A DNA stretch of 64,000 bases from contig JAVCBW010000013.1 of NCBI GenBank assembly GCA_037917675.1, positions 25,578 to 89,577 on the forward strand, written 5' to 3'. The stretch's first letter is position 1, and each line of letters starts with the position of its first letter. Source of the stretch: Thermoproteota archaeon. GTDB lineage: Archaea > Korarchaeota > Korarchaeia > B14-G2. The notes beneath the pieces are model-generated. The model was not told where the DNA came from, did not search any database, and saw nothing but the letters and a program-made list of their open reading frames with translations. The position numbers and the translations under genes are program-made. Below are positions 9,328 to 19,352 of the stretch, piece by piece.

Positions 9328-9387
9328 GACGTGATGTGACCACTCCAGACTGAGCCTACGATGATGAGCCATGGAGTGACTGATAGC
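9328..9387 (+). ncRNA. Box C/D guide sRNA (archaeal 2'-O-methylation guide type)
   Basis: C-like GTGATGT 9331-9337, 12-nt guide, D' CTGA 9350-9353, C' ATGATGA 9361-9367, 12-nt guide, D CTGA 9380-9383; TTTTATA about 25 nt upstream; intergenic. Confidence 0.75.
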
Positions 9388-9396
9388 CACTAGGGG

Positions 9397-11085
9397 GTGG
9401 GAGCCCTAAAGCTAGATAAGAATAAGCCTGTCCTTGTAACATGTGCTCTCCCATATGCAAATGGCCCCTGCCATCTGGGGCACCTAAGGACATATGTTCC
9501 TGGAGATGTATTTGTAAGGTTTCTCAGGAAAATGGGGTATAACGTAGTCTTTATATGTGGATCAGATGCACACGGGACTCCGATTGTTATTGAAGCTGAG
9601 AAAGCCAAGCTTTCTCCAGAAGAACTAGTGAAGAAGTTTCATGGTCTGTTCAAGGAGGTATTTAGGGAGTTAGGTGTCTCATTTGACTACTATGGCTGCA
9701 CACATGATGAGACAAACCACGCGAGGACCAAGAAGATAATAGAGGCTCTATACCAGAATGGCTACATATATGAAGCTGAGACAGTTCAGTACTACTGCTC
9801 GAGCTGTAAGAGGTTCCTCGCTGATCGCTATATAACTGGGACCTGCCCATACTGTGGCGCTGAGGCTAGAGGCGACGAATGCGACCAAGGCTGTGGCCGT
9901 TACCTGTCTCCTGGCGAGGTCCTTAGTCCAAGATGTTCATTCTGTGGCACAACTCCGGAGAAGAAGCCTGTAAAGCATGCATTCTTCAGGCTGACTGCAT
10001 TTGAAAGATTTCTAGCTAAGTTCATAGATAGAGCTGAGATAACACCGAATGCACGAGGTTTAGCAAAAAGCTGGCTAAACAAAGGCCTCAGAGACTGGTG
10101 CATTACAAGGGTGCTGGACTGGGGTGTGAGGTACCCAAGAGACCCTTCTCTAGTCGTATATGTATGGGTAGACGCACCAATAGGCTACATATCCTTCACT
10201 GAAGAGTGGAGCAAGGCGAGTGGTGTATCCTGGGAGAAGTTTTGGAAGAAGGGCGAGGCAACAATCATACACTTCATAGGAGCAGACATAGCATACCATC
10301 ACTGCATATTCTGGCCTGCATTGCTGAAGGGTGCTGGCTATTCTCTACCCACAGCAATACTAGCTCATGGGATGTTGACAATAGACGGTATGCCATTCAG
10401 TAAGACCAGAGGAAACGTCGTTTGGGTCAAGCAGGATCTACTGGATAGAGGGATAGACCCCGATGCAATCCGCTACTTCATCATATCCTCAACACCCTTT
10501 ACTAGAGACCTAGACTTCAATACACCTCTACTCTCTAGTAAGATAAACGATGAGCTGATAGGTATCTTCGGGAACTACGTGAACAGAGCTCTGTCGTTTG
10601 CTTACAGGTACTATAGGCGCGTACCAGATGGCGAACTGGAGGGAGAGGTGCTAAACAGGATAAGAAAGGCGATAGAAGAGCTCAAGATGGCCTTAGATGA
10701 CCTAGATCTGAGACACATCTGCGCATCTTTTATGTCACTGGCCTCTTTTGGAAACGAGTACTTCCAAAGCAGGGAACCCTGGGCCAAGTTTAGAACAGAC
10801 CCTAAGAACTGCTCAGATACTATAAGAAACTGTCTTCAGATAACAAAAGCACTAGCAGTCCTCTCTGAGCCAGTTATCCCAGCTAAAGCTCAAGAGATAT
10901 GGAGTATGCTCGGGCTAAGGGGGAGTGTGCATAACGCTAGTTTAGAAGAATGCCTGGAGCCTCTCCCCATAGGCTTAGAGTTACAGAAGCCTAGGCTCCT
11001 GTTCAGGAAGCTAGAGCCAAAAATGCTAAAGTCTATAGATGATGAGCTAGCTATGAGAAGAGGAGGTATGTTACTTGGACATTGA
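9397..11085 (+). CDS. metG: Methionyl-tRNA synthetase (no C-terminal tRNA-binding domain)
   Basis: TCALPYANGPCHLGH, GSDAHGTPI, Zn-knuckle cysteines, YVWVDAPIGY, FSKT. Confidence 0.95.
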   Translation: MGALKLDKNKPVLVTCALPYANGPCHLGHLRTYVPGDVFVRFLRKMGYNVVFICGSDAHGTPIVIEAEKAKLSPEELVKKFHGLFKEVFRELGVSFDYYGCTHDETNHARTKKIIEALYQNGYIYEAETVQYYCSSCKRFLADRYITGTCPYCGAEARGDECDQGCGRYLSPGEVLSPRCSFCGTTPEKKPVKHAFFRLTAFERFLAKFIDRAEITPNARGLAKSWLNKGLRDWCITRVLDWGVRYPRDPSLVVYVWVDAPIGYISFTEEWSKASGVSWEKFWKKGEATIIHFIGADIAYHHCIFWPALLKGAGYSLPTAILAHGMLTIDGMPFSKTRGNVVWVKQDLLDRGIDPDAIRYFIISSTPFTRDLDFNTPLLSSKINDELIGIFGNYVNRALSFAYRYYRRVPDGELEGEVLNRIRKAIEELKMALDDLDLRHICASFMSLASFGNEYFQSREPWAKFRTDPKNCSDTIRNCLQITKALAVLSEPVIPAKAQEIWSMLGLRGSVHNASLEECLEPLPIGLELQKPRLLFRKLEPKMLKSIDDELAMRRGGMLLGH

Positions 11086-12805
11086 GAAGATGATACGGAG
11101 GCTTGCAGCAGAATCCGGGAAATCTGAGGATGAGGTGCGTAAGCTCTTTGAGAAGACTCTAGAAGAATACGAAGACACCTTAAATGAGGAAGGCGTGTTT
11201 TTCCTAGTAGCTAGAGAGCTTGGCCTCTCTCCATCATATGAAACCTCTACAGGAGAAGCTATTCTCAAGCTCACAATGCTCATACCAGGACTGAAGAACA
11301 TAACAACAGCAGGAAAGGTTGTGAGAGTAATCCCTGCAACCACATTCACGAGGAAAGATGGGTCGACCGGGAAGAGAGCAGAGCTTCTCGTAGCTGATGA
11401 AACCGCTAGGAGACGTGTTATACTATGGGGAGGGACTGCAGACCTAGTTAGCGAGGGTATAATATCCATAGGTGATGTGATAAAAATCAGGGGGGCAAGA
11501 GTTAGGCGAGGGCTAGATGGGTCTCCTGAGATACACGTCGATCGGTCATCGATAGTAGAGCCTCTTTCTGAAGATGAGTTAAAGGCCGACTTGGCGTCCT
11601 TAAAGGCTATAAGGCCAGACGAAAACTTCTATCCGCTGTCTGATCTTGAAGAAGGCATGACAGATGTAGACACACAAGCAGTTGTGCTCTCTATATCCCC
11701 CCCAAGAGAGTTTACGCGGCCAGATGGCAGAACTGGGAGGGTAGGATGGGCTATAGTTGGAGATGCAGGTGAGACTGTAAGAGCAGTCTTCTGGGATTCC
11801 TCAGTCAGGTTCCTAGAGGACTTATCTCCAAGGGACGTTGTGAAGCTGCTAGGTGTAAAGGTGAGGCAGGCAGTAGATGGTAGTAAAGAGCTTCACTTAG
11901 GCTCAAGGTCTAGTGTAGTTATAGTAGGCAGGGAGGAGGCAGCCCAGATTTCAAGGGATTATAGGATAGCAGACCTCGCACCCGGGTTAATCGGCGTGAA
12001 TATAACCTGCAGGCTAATACACGTATTTGACACAAGGGCCTTTCGTAGAGCAGATGGGACTCTATCCTATGTTGGTGACATAATAGTTGAGGATGGCACA
12101 GGTATGATTCGTGTGGTAGTATGGGGTGAGAATGCCAGAAAAATACAGATGATCCCCCCCTCCTCAACCATAAAGATCTTAAACGCATATACCAGAGAGG
12201 ACTCTCGTGGCATATATTTGCAGCTAAGCGATTCTGGCGACATAGAGGTTGTATCAGAGGAGCTGACACCAATACCCCAAAGCATGCTCGAGAAAGCTAT
12301 ACAGCTAAAGTATCCTACGAGATCAATATCACAGCTTGCCGAAGGCTTTTATCAGATCAGGGGGACGATAATCAAGGCTTCAGACTCTGTCAGCATAGTA
12401 CATCTATGCACTAACTGCGGGCAGAAGCTGGCAGTAGAGTATGGAGAGCTCAGATGTCAGATATGCGGGCTGAGGGAAGACTCTGACATACTTCTGGTGC
12501 TTCCAATAGTAATAGATGATGGTACAGGAAGAGCAAGAGTTCTGCTCTACAGGAAGCAAGTGGAGAAGCTCCTTGGCTTATCAAAGGAAGAGATATTAAG
12601 TAAACTAGAAGAGTATGGGCTTCCTCCTGACGCATTTCCAGTAGAGCTCTCGGGAAGGCAGCTTCTTGGCAAAGAAATCGTGGTTAGAGGCCTCGTTAAA
12701 CAAGACATAGAGTCAGGTGAAATAGTAGTTCGCTGTGATGAGGTAGAGGAAGCAGACATAAAGGAGGAATGCGAAAGAATTCTGAGTGAACTAGGCAGCC
12801 TCTAA
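11075..12805 (+). CDS. rpa: Replication protein A (multi-OB-fold ssDNA-binding protein with C-terminal Zn finger)
   Basis: Three repeats of F(T/R)RxDG..G...D.(T)G...v.W, then CTNC...CQIC and IDDGTG. Confidence 0.85.
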   Translation: MDIEKMIRRLAAESGKSEDEVRKLFEKTLEEYEDTLNEEGVFFLVARELGLSPSYETSTGEAILKLTMLIPGLKNITTAGKVVRVIPATTFTRKDGSTGKRAELLVADETARRRVILWGGTADLVSEGIISIGDVIKIRGARVRRGLDGSPEIHVDRSSIVEPLSEDELKADLASLKAIRPDENFYPLSDLEEGMTDVDTQAVVLSISPPREFTRPDGRTGRVGWAIVGDAGETVRAVFWDSSVRFLEDLSPRDVVKLLGVKVRQAVDGSKELHLGSRSSVVIVGREEAAQISRDYRIADLAPGLIGVNITCRLIHVFDTRAFRRADGTLSYVGDIIVEDGTGMIRVVVWGENARKIQMIPPSSTIKILNAYTREDSRGIYLQLSDSGDIEVVSEELTPIPQSMLEKAIQLKYPTRSISQLAEGFYQIRGTIIKASDSVSIVHLCTNCGQKLAVEYGELRCQICGLREDSDILLVLPIVIDDGTGRARVLLYRKQVEKLLGLSKEEILSKLEEYGLPPDAFPVELSGRQLLGKEIVVRGLVKQDIESGEIVVRCDEVEEADIKEECERILSELGSL

Positions 12806-12876
12806 ATTTCATAAGCTACAAGATACATTGAACCTTTTCCACTCAGCTTATAAGGCTCTAGCACCATCATGATCTC

Positions 12877-13569
12877 ATGCCTCTAGGTGGGGATAAAGTC
12901 TTAGTAAAGACGATAGATGATCCTGAGCTGACGAGCATAGCTCAGATACTTTCAAACTCCACTGCTAGAAGGATAATTAAGCAGTTAACCAAGGAAATCA
13001 GCCCTTCTGAGATATCCAGGAGAGAAAAGCTTCCCTTGTCCACAGTATCATTTCACATAGAGAGGATGGTTGAGGCTGGCTTAGTTGAGAAAACAAGGTC
13101 TATAGCTGGAGAGAGGGGAAGGAAGAAACTATATAGGCTTAAGTTTCCATCAATGTTAGTGCTTCTCTCCCCAAATGTACAGTTGACTAAGTCGAGAGTA
13201 TATACACCTTTCCTACTTAGTATCAGAGAGATAGCTCTAGTAGTCTTAGTTGCTAGCATAGCAGCTCCCATTTTAGCTGGGCTAATAGCTCCTCTCTATC
13301 AGTCTGCAGTCCCGCCAGCTCCCCTAAAGCCTGCAGCTGAAAGGAGTGCTCAGGAATCACCTGAGGCTTACACTAGCCCCTCAGCCAATGTCACCTTACA
13401 GCCATTGCCCTTACAGCCAAAGCCCTTCTCCAGCCCTAGCCCATCATCGGAGTACAGCCCAGTATCTCAAGCTAAGTTGATAGCTATATGTGCACTGGCT
13501 TTCATTGTTGTCTCTCTCTTCATAGTTATGGGGATCATTCTAGTAAAGAAGCTTGCTAGCAAGACCTAG
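12877..13569 (+). CDS. ArsR-like winged-HTH protein with two C-terminal transmembrane segments
   Basis: ILSNSTARRII...SPSEISRREKLPLSTVSFHIERMVEAGLVE; hydrophobic IALVVLVASIAAPILAGLIA and LIAICALAFIVVSLFIVMGIILV. Confidence 0.75.
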   Translation: MPLGGDKVLVKTIDDPELTSIAQILSNSTARRIIKQLTKEISPSEISRREKLPLSTVSFHIERMVEAGLVEKTRSIAGERGRKKLYRLKFPSMLVLLSPNVQLTKSRVYTPFLLSIREIALVVLVASIAAPILAGLIAPLYQSAVPPAPLKPAAERSAQESPEAYTSPSANVTLQPLPLQPKPFSSPSPSSEYSPVSQAKLIAICALAFIVVSLFIVMGIILVKKLASKT

Positions 13570-13599
13570 CATGATGATAAAAGTAGGGTATGTGCTACA

Positions 13600-16569
13600 C
13601 TATACCTTCTGTACTCCAATGACTACTCTTACACCTAAGTACTCGAATGCCACTTTCTTTAACTCCTCTCCTGGCTCCTCTATACTAACTGACACTGCAT
13701 TCACTAGCCTCATAAGCTCTTCCAACCTAGCTTTCACAATTTCCAGATAGTTCTTGTCTTCACTCCATACTGACACTCTTATACTCTCAATCCCACGCCT
13801 GAGCCTCATGCTCTTCCGTATACTCTGAAGCCTCCTCACAGTCTCTCTAAAGAGTCCCTCCTCTATCTCTCTCCTCCCTAACCTGGTTTTCACGTATACC
13901 TTCCCATGTGAGAATTCCGCCATAGTATAGCCTGTGCTAATAGCTATCGGCGGCTCTTCTAGAACTCGTAGTGTAAAGCAGTTTACCTCTCTTTTAACGA
14001 TATCTCTCAGTTTCTCAACAGCTTCCTTGACAGACTTGTCTTCAGTCACCACGATGACCTCTCCAACAGGCTGCCTCAGCTTCAGCTTAGCTTCCATCCT
14101 CGCTGCTGCTGTGGCTGCAATGACCTCTCTACAAACTTCCATCTGTCTTTCAAGCTCCAAGTCAATGTAGCCCTCAGGCTCAGGCCATGCTTCAAAACAC
14201 ACGCTTCTCAAGCCATTTCCCTCAATCCTTCTAACTATCCTCTGGTATGATATCTCAGCAAAGTGTGGCACAAATGGTGCTAGCATTATTGATAAGCTCT
14301 TAAGCACCTTATAGAGCACCTTAAGTGCCGTAGTAGCATCGTCTTCCTCCTCCCATATCCTCCTCCTGATCAGCCTTATGTAGAAGTGACTTACATCTTC
14401 TATTGCAAAACTGATGAGCTGTCTAAGTGCGCTATGGATCTGATACTCATTCATTTGCTCTGTGACGCTTGAAATCGTGCTGTTAAGCTTAGAGAGCATC
14501 CACTTATCCTCACTCTTCGTGGGTCTAGGTTCCTGTATAAGCTCATCTGTAGAGATCTTATCTTTAAGAGCTTCTATAGCCGTCAGGAGGAAGGTATACA
14601 TGTTCCATATCACATTGAGGTCTTTCTTGGCATCATCTAGCTTATCCCATATGAACCTAAGATTGCTCCATGTTGTGTTCTGGAGCACGAATAGCCTGAA
14701 CGGATCTCTTCCAACTTCCTTTACTATCTCAGCAACTTCAACAAAGTTTCCAAGCGACTTATGCATTTCTCTTCCCTTCTCATCTAGCATAAAGCCATGT
14801 GCTAGCACAGCTCGATATGGTGGCTCTCCAAATACCATTACTGATATCCTGAGTAGTGAATAGAACCATCCTCTAAACTGGTCATGCCCCTCTATAACGA
14901 GGTCAGCAGGCCACCACTTCTCAAACTCACTTTTCGCTGTCGGATATCCTAGGGATGCAAATGAGGCTGCTCCAGAGTCAAACCACACATCTAGGACATC
15001 TGATACTCTTCTTACATCTCCTCCACATCTCGGACACTTATACATGACTCTATCTATCCATGGCCTATGTAAGCTAGGCAAGTTGAGCTTCTCACCCACT
15101 TTCTCCTCAAGCTCCTTTCTTGAACCAATAACCTCCCAGTACCCACAGCTAACACACCTCCAGACTGGTAGTGGTGTCCCCCAGAACCTCTGTCTTGATA
15201 TTACCCAGTCCCTGATGTTCTCTAGCATGTTTAGCATGCTCTTACTCCATCCCCATCTCGGAACCCATTTGACACTTTCACCAGCCTTCTTGAGCTTTTC
15301 AGCTATCTTAGTCATCTTTATGTACCATTGCCTTGTAGCTCTCAGGATTAAATCACTTTTACACCTCCAGCATACCGGATACTTATGCACTATCGTTCCT
15401 CTAGCGAGCAGCAGCCCTTTCTTTTCTAAATCACTTACTATCTCATGTGATGCTTCCCATATGCTTCTTCCAGCATACTTCCCCGCCTTCTCAGTGAAAA
15501 ATCCCCTGTCGTCGACAAGCATGAGAATCGGCATCCCATACCTAAGGTGAGCAATTTCAAAGTCTTCCTCTCCATGTCCTGGTGCACTATGCACGCATCC
15601 ACTTCCCTCTTCCATACTCACATACTCTCTGCTCAAGACCACCTTATGGGCGCCTGTTATCTCCCTCTGAGACTCTACTTCATCGAGTAATGGCGGTCTA
15701 TACTCCAAGCTCTCCAGTTTTCTTCCAGGGAACTCCTCGATGACCTCTAACGTTGCCCCTAATAGCAGTTCTATCGCATTCAACCTCTTTTTTGCGAGTA
15801 TTAGAACACTATCCCTGTACCTAGCCCTGACATATGTTTCATCTGGATGTACCATTACAGCTACATTGGCTGGGAGAGTCCATGGTGTTGTTGTCCAGAT
15901 TACTATATACTCCCTCCTCTGACCTACTATTGGAAACTTAACGTAGATGGAGTAGTCTTCTTTATCCCTGTACTCTGAGACTTCATAGTCAGCTAAAGCT
16001 GTCTCACAGCGTGGACACCAGTGTACAACCTTTACACCCTCTTCTAACAGCCCCTGCTTAGCAGCACTCTTTATTGCATACCACTCTGCTTCGATGAATT
16101 CATCATTTAACGTCATATATGGCCTCTCCCAGTCCATTGAGACCCCTAGCATCTTAAACTGAGCTGTCATGCTCTTAACATTCTCATATACCATCCTCCA
16201 GCATTCCTCGATGAATCTATCCATTCCAAAGTCTCTGATGTCTTTTTTCGTCTTGAAACCGAGCTTCCTCTCAACAGCAACTTCTATGGGGAGCCCATGG
16301 CAGTCCCAGCCAGGCTGATCTCTCACCAGATATCCTCTAGCTCTCATGTATCTTATCACAGTATCCTTTAACACTTTGTTCCATGCTGTACCTGGATGTG
16401 GAGAGCCACTGGATGGATAAGGTGGCCCATCTAGAAAATAAAACTTCTTACCCTCCCTATCCCTCAGCTTCTCGTATACCTTTAGCTCTCTCCAAATTCT
16501 CTGAGCCTCTTCCTCTACAGCATGTGGGCTATAAAATTTCATTCTTTCAATCTCACTCAAACCAACCAC
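13600..16569 (-). CDS. ileS: Isoleucyl-tRNA synthetase
   Basis: FLDGPPYP, GWDCHGLPIE, WTTTPWTLPAN, DWVISRQRFWGTPLP, EGHDQFRGWF, EMHKS. Confidence 0.97.
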   Translation of the reverse strand: MVGLSEIERMKFYSPHAVEEEAQRIWRELKVYEKLRDREGKKFYFLDGPPYPSSGSPHPGTAWNKVLKDTVIRYMRARGYLVRDQPGWDCHGLPIEVAVERKLGFKTKKDIRDFGMDRFIEECWRMVYENVKSMTAQFKMLGVSMDWERPYMTLNDEFIEAEWYAIKSAAKQGLLEEGVKVVHWCPRCETALADYEVSEYRDKEDYSIYVKFPIVGQRREYIVIWTTTPWTLPANVAVMVHPDETYVRARYRDSVLILAKKRLNAIELLLGATLEVIEEFPGRKLESLEYRPPLLDEVESQREITGAHKVVLSREYVSMEEGSGCVHSAPGHGEEDFEIAHLRYGMPILMLVDDRGFFTEKAGKYAGRSIWEASHEIVSDLEKKGLLLARGTIVHKYPVCWRCKSDLILRATRQWYIKMTKIAEKLKKAGESVKWVPRWGWSKSMLNMLENIRDWVISRQRFWGTPLPVWRCVSCGYWEVIGSRKELEEKVGEKLNLPSLHRPWIDRVMYKCPRCGGDVRRVSDVLDVWFDSGAASFASLGYPTAKSEFEKWWPADLVIEGHDQFRGWFYSLLRISVMVFGEPPYRAVLAHGFMLDEKGREMHKSLGNFVEVAEIVKEVGRDPFRLFVLQNTTWSNLRFIWDKLDDAKKDLNVIWNMYTFLLTAIEALKDKISTDELIQEPRPTKSEDKWMLSKLNSTISSVTEQMNEYQIHSALRQLISFAIEDVSHFYIRLIRRRIWEEEDDATTALKVLYKVLKSLSIMLAPFVPHFAEISYQRIVRRIEGNGLRSVCFEAWPEPEGYIDLELERQMEVCREVIAATAAARMEAKLKLRQPVGEVIVVTEDKSVKEAVEKLRDIVKREVNCFTLRVLEEPPIAISTGYTMAEFSHGKVYVKTRLGRREIEEGLFRETVRRLQSIRKSMRLRRGIESIRVSVWSEDKNYLEIVKARLEELMRLVNAVSVSIEEPGEELKKVAFEYLGVRVVIGVQKV

Positions 16570-16726
16570 CTCTCAACAGGGAATGGTAGTGTCGTCTCCA
16601 TGAGCTCCTGTAAAAGAAGGCACTTGCTACTGAAGCTAGATTTTCCGCTCCCTCACAAAACCCCCAACTAGCCCAGCTTGCTATGAGCTTTTAAAGTTAG
16701 CCTATGTTCCTAACTACAGTGGTAGC

Positions 16727-17638
16727 ATGGTCGATTACATAATCGGCGCCGAATCAGATGAGCTTACCGAGAACTTATCACGGCTATGTGAGGTTGAAGC
16801 TAAATGGGTTAAAATCAGAGTTTTTCCTGACTCAGAAATATGCCCTAGAATTCTAAGCCTAGAAGGGCTCAAAGGAGCTTCTGTAGCAGTAGTCTTTAGA
16901 GCTGAGAGTGGGAGGATAGCTCCATCAAGATATCTCACACTGTACTATCTGACAGCAATGAACCTTAAGGAACATGGTGTCAGTGAGATTACCGCTATAA
17001 TCCCATATCTACCATATTGCAGGCAGGACAAGAGGTTTCTCCCTGGTGAGCCTATTTCACTCAACTATGTAGCTCGACTACTAGAAGCTTCTGGAGTAGA
17101 CTACGTCATAACAGTCTCATCGCATGTAAGGGGAACAAAATCTCCTCTCCAAACATACTTCTCGATTCCAACGTTAGATTTAGATGGGTTTAAGCCGCTA
17201 TCAGAGTATCTGGTTAAATTGGGCCGCGACTACAGCCGAACGGTAGTCATAGCGCCAGATAGGAAGTCTCTAAAGTGGGCTGAAGAGGTGGAGAAAGAAA
17301 TAGGTGCATCTAAATCAATATGCATTGAGAAGACTAGGGACTTGGTGACTGGTGAGCTTCACATAGAGGCTCCCGAAGAGGATCTCAAGGGACTCGATGT
17401 CCTCATAGTAGATGATATAGCATCTACCGGAGGGACTTTAGTGAGAGCTGCAGGTTATGCTCGCTCTCAGGGGGCAATCAGGGTATCTCTGAGCTTTGTT
17501 CATCCTGTCTTAGTTAAAGGAGCGCTAGAGAAGCTCACAAGAGCATCCGATGAGATCATAGCAACTGATACTATAAAATCTGAGGTCAGTAAGGCTTCTG
17601 TTGCAAAACTTATTGCAAGCGCTCTTTCAAAGATATAG
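16727..17638 (+). CDS. prs: Ribose-phosphate pyrophosphokinase
   Basis: FPDSE, IPYLPYCRQDKRFLPGEPIS, VLIVDDIASTGGTL, ATDTI. Confidence 0.92.
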   Translation: MVDYIIGAESDELTENLSRLCEVEAKWVKIRVFPDSEICPRILSLEGLKGASVAVVFRAESGRIAPSRYLTLYYLTAMNLKEHGVSEITAIIPYLPYCRQDKRFLPGEPISLNYVARLLEASGVDYVITVSSHVRGTKSPLQTYFSIPTLDLDGFKPLSEYLVKLGRDYSRTVVIAPDRKSLKWAEEVEKEIGASKSICIEKTRDLVTGELHIEAPEEDLKGLDVLIVDDIASTGGTLVRAAGYARSQGAIRVSLSFVHPVLVKGALEKLTRASDEIIATDTIKSEVSKASVAKLIASALSKI

Positions 17639-18197
17639 CTGCTATCAGCTGCTCTCTTAAATTCTCTAAAGTCCCATCATTTACTATTAGAATATCTGCT
17701 GCTGCAATGACGTCTCCAAGATGAAACTTCACAAGCTCTTCTAGATCACTCTTGAGAAAGTCAGTGAAGCTGCCTACCCCTATATCCTTTAGGCTTTCCC
17801 TAAGCTTTAGCCTCTTAAACCTGATGCTTCTACTTGCTACAACTCCAATAATGATCCCCTCGCCTTTGAACTCCCTCCAGAAGCATATCGCCTCCTCTAT
17901 GTTACGAAGTCCATTTATGATGTATCCATCCCATCTCTCTCCTTTCTCCTCGTATTCTCTGACAACTTCTATAGCTCTCTTCATGATGGCATCCGGACCT
18001 TCCATAATCCTGAGGTATAGCCCGTACCTCCTTAGATTCTCTCTAGTGGCTTCTACACCCAGTTTTCTGAGCTCTTTAGCTATCAGCTCGCTCATCGTAA
18101 TTACTCGCATATTAAATGTCTCTTCTAGTATTCTTGCACACACATCCTTGCCTGAAGCTAGCTGCCCTGTTAGCCCAATGTATCTATATTTCAGCAT
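17610..18197 (-). CDS. CoaE-like P-loop kinase (archaeal dephospho-CoA kinase family)
   Basis: IGLTGQLASGKD Walker A, INGLRN..E, RFKRLKLR, ADILIVNDGTLE. Confidence 0.7.
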   Translation of the reverse strand: MLKYRYIGLTGQLASGKDVCARILEETFNMRVITMSELIAKELRKLGVEATRENLRRYGLYLRIMEGPDAIMKRAIEVVREYEEKGERWDGYIINGLRNIEEAICFWREFKGEGIIIGVVASRSIRFKRLKLRESLKDIGVGSFTDFLKSDLEELVKFHLGDVIAAADILIVNDGTLENLREQLIAAISLKERLQ

Positions 18198-18203
18198 GCT
18201 TCT

Positions 18204-18602
18204 CTAACTGCCTTTCTTCACCCTTATTCTATAGTATCCTCCTGTCCTCTCAAGTTCGATCTTGCCTTCCTCTCTCAGCTTTACTAAGATGGCATTAGCT
18301 ACCTTCCTGCTCACATTGAGAATATTCGCTACGTGCTGTGATGTTTTCCCATCGAACTCATATAACTTCTCCTCTACAGCCTTCTTCTGCTCCTCAGTGA
18401 AGCTTGGGGTTATAGGTTTAACTCTTCTCCTTTTCCTCCTTTTTCTGACAGGTTTTCTGGCTGGTGAGATTTCAGGCCTCATTATATCCTCTATCTTTTC
18501 TTCTATTCTATCGACTTTCACCTCTAATCTGCTCAACCTCTTCAGTATGTCTATTATCTGAGTCTCTATCAAAATTTTCCTTTCTTCACCCAAAACCAAC
18601 AC
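18204..18602 (-). CDS. Small protein: coiled coil, basic patch, C-terminal winged HTH
   Basis: LKRLSRLEVKVDRIEEKIEDI; RKPVRKRRKRRR; TSQHVANILNVSRKVANAILVKLREEGKIE. Confidence 0.65.
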   Translation of the reverse strand: MLVLGEERKILIETQIIDILKRLSRLEVKVDRIEEKIEDIMRPEISPARKPVRKRRKRRRVKPITPSFTEEQKKAVEEKLYEFDGKTSQHVANILNVSRKVANAILVKLREEGKIELERTGGYYRIRVKKGS

Positions 18603-18794
18603 CTTATACTGCTAACCTCTAGCCAAGATATGTTACTATCACTTTATAACCATTACGTCATGTCTAGCTTCGTCATGCTGGCTGCCTCATCTTAGAACAC
18701 ACTTCTCACTTAGAGCAGCTATTAAGATTTTGTTTTCACCATAGTTCTGTTTGTTCGCCTCTATTTACGCCAATAGCAAGCTCTATATTTATTT

Positions 18795-19352
18795 CTATAG
18801 ATTTTTGATAAAAATATCTCTGTATATCGGCCCCTTGTGTGTCAGCTTACTTTCTTTGAGCTTAACCTGCTCAACAAGTTGTTCCCCAAAGCTCTTCTCT
18901 TTGTTCCTCTTGCATACTTCTGATAGCATACTCGTTTTCCTTTTTACTCTGCATACTGTAAGGTGTGGTATAAACTCCTTCCTATCTCTTGCGTATTTCC
19001 CGAGCCTACTGACGAGATACCTATTCACCTCGATGAGCTTTTCTCTCCCACCAACTACATCAATCCAAATGACTCTCGGATTAGATATGCTTGGAAAAGC
19101 TCCAACTTTCCTTAACTCTATCTTAAAGGGTTCTATTATCATCTCCTCAAGGGCCTTCTTGGCTTCCTCAACAATAGGCTCATGTACCTCTCCAAGAAAC
19201 AGCAGTGTAATATGCAAGTTTTCTCTCTCAACACTCTTGACCATAGCTCCAGAAGATGCTATTTCGCTCTGAAACTCCTCTATCTCTCTAATAACAGATT
19301 CCTCTGTGACGTCGACAGCTATAAAGCACCTCATGGCTTCCCACCTAGACAC
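18795..19352 (-). CDS. thpR: RNA 2',3'-cyclic phosphodiesterase / 2'-5' RNA ligase (2H family)
   Basis: RCFIAVD, NLHITLLFLGEV, GAFP..NPRVIW, FIPHLTVCRVK, ESKLT.KGPIY. Confidence 0.9.
   Translation of the reverse strand: MSRWEAMRCFIAVDVTEESVIREIEEFQSEIASSGAMVKSVERENLHITLLFLGEVHEPIVEEAKKALEEMIIEPFKIELRKVGAFPSISNPRVIWIDVVGGREKLIEVNRYLVSRLGKYARDRKEFIPHLTVCRVKRKTSMLSEVCKRNKEKSFGEQLVEQVKLKESKLTHKGPIYRDIFIKNL

Noticed and set aside
16380-16440. IleRS signature variants HPGT (for HIGH) and EMHKS (for KMSKS)
   Set aside because: Similar variants occur in crenarchaeal-type IleRS; not enough to claim altered function
18603-18794. 190-bp AT-richer intergenic region, examined for an sRNA or small ORF
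   Set aside because: No convincing C/D boxes, stable hairpin or ORF with RBS
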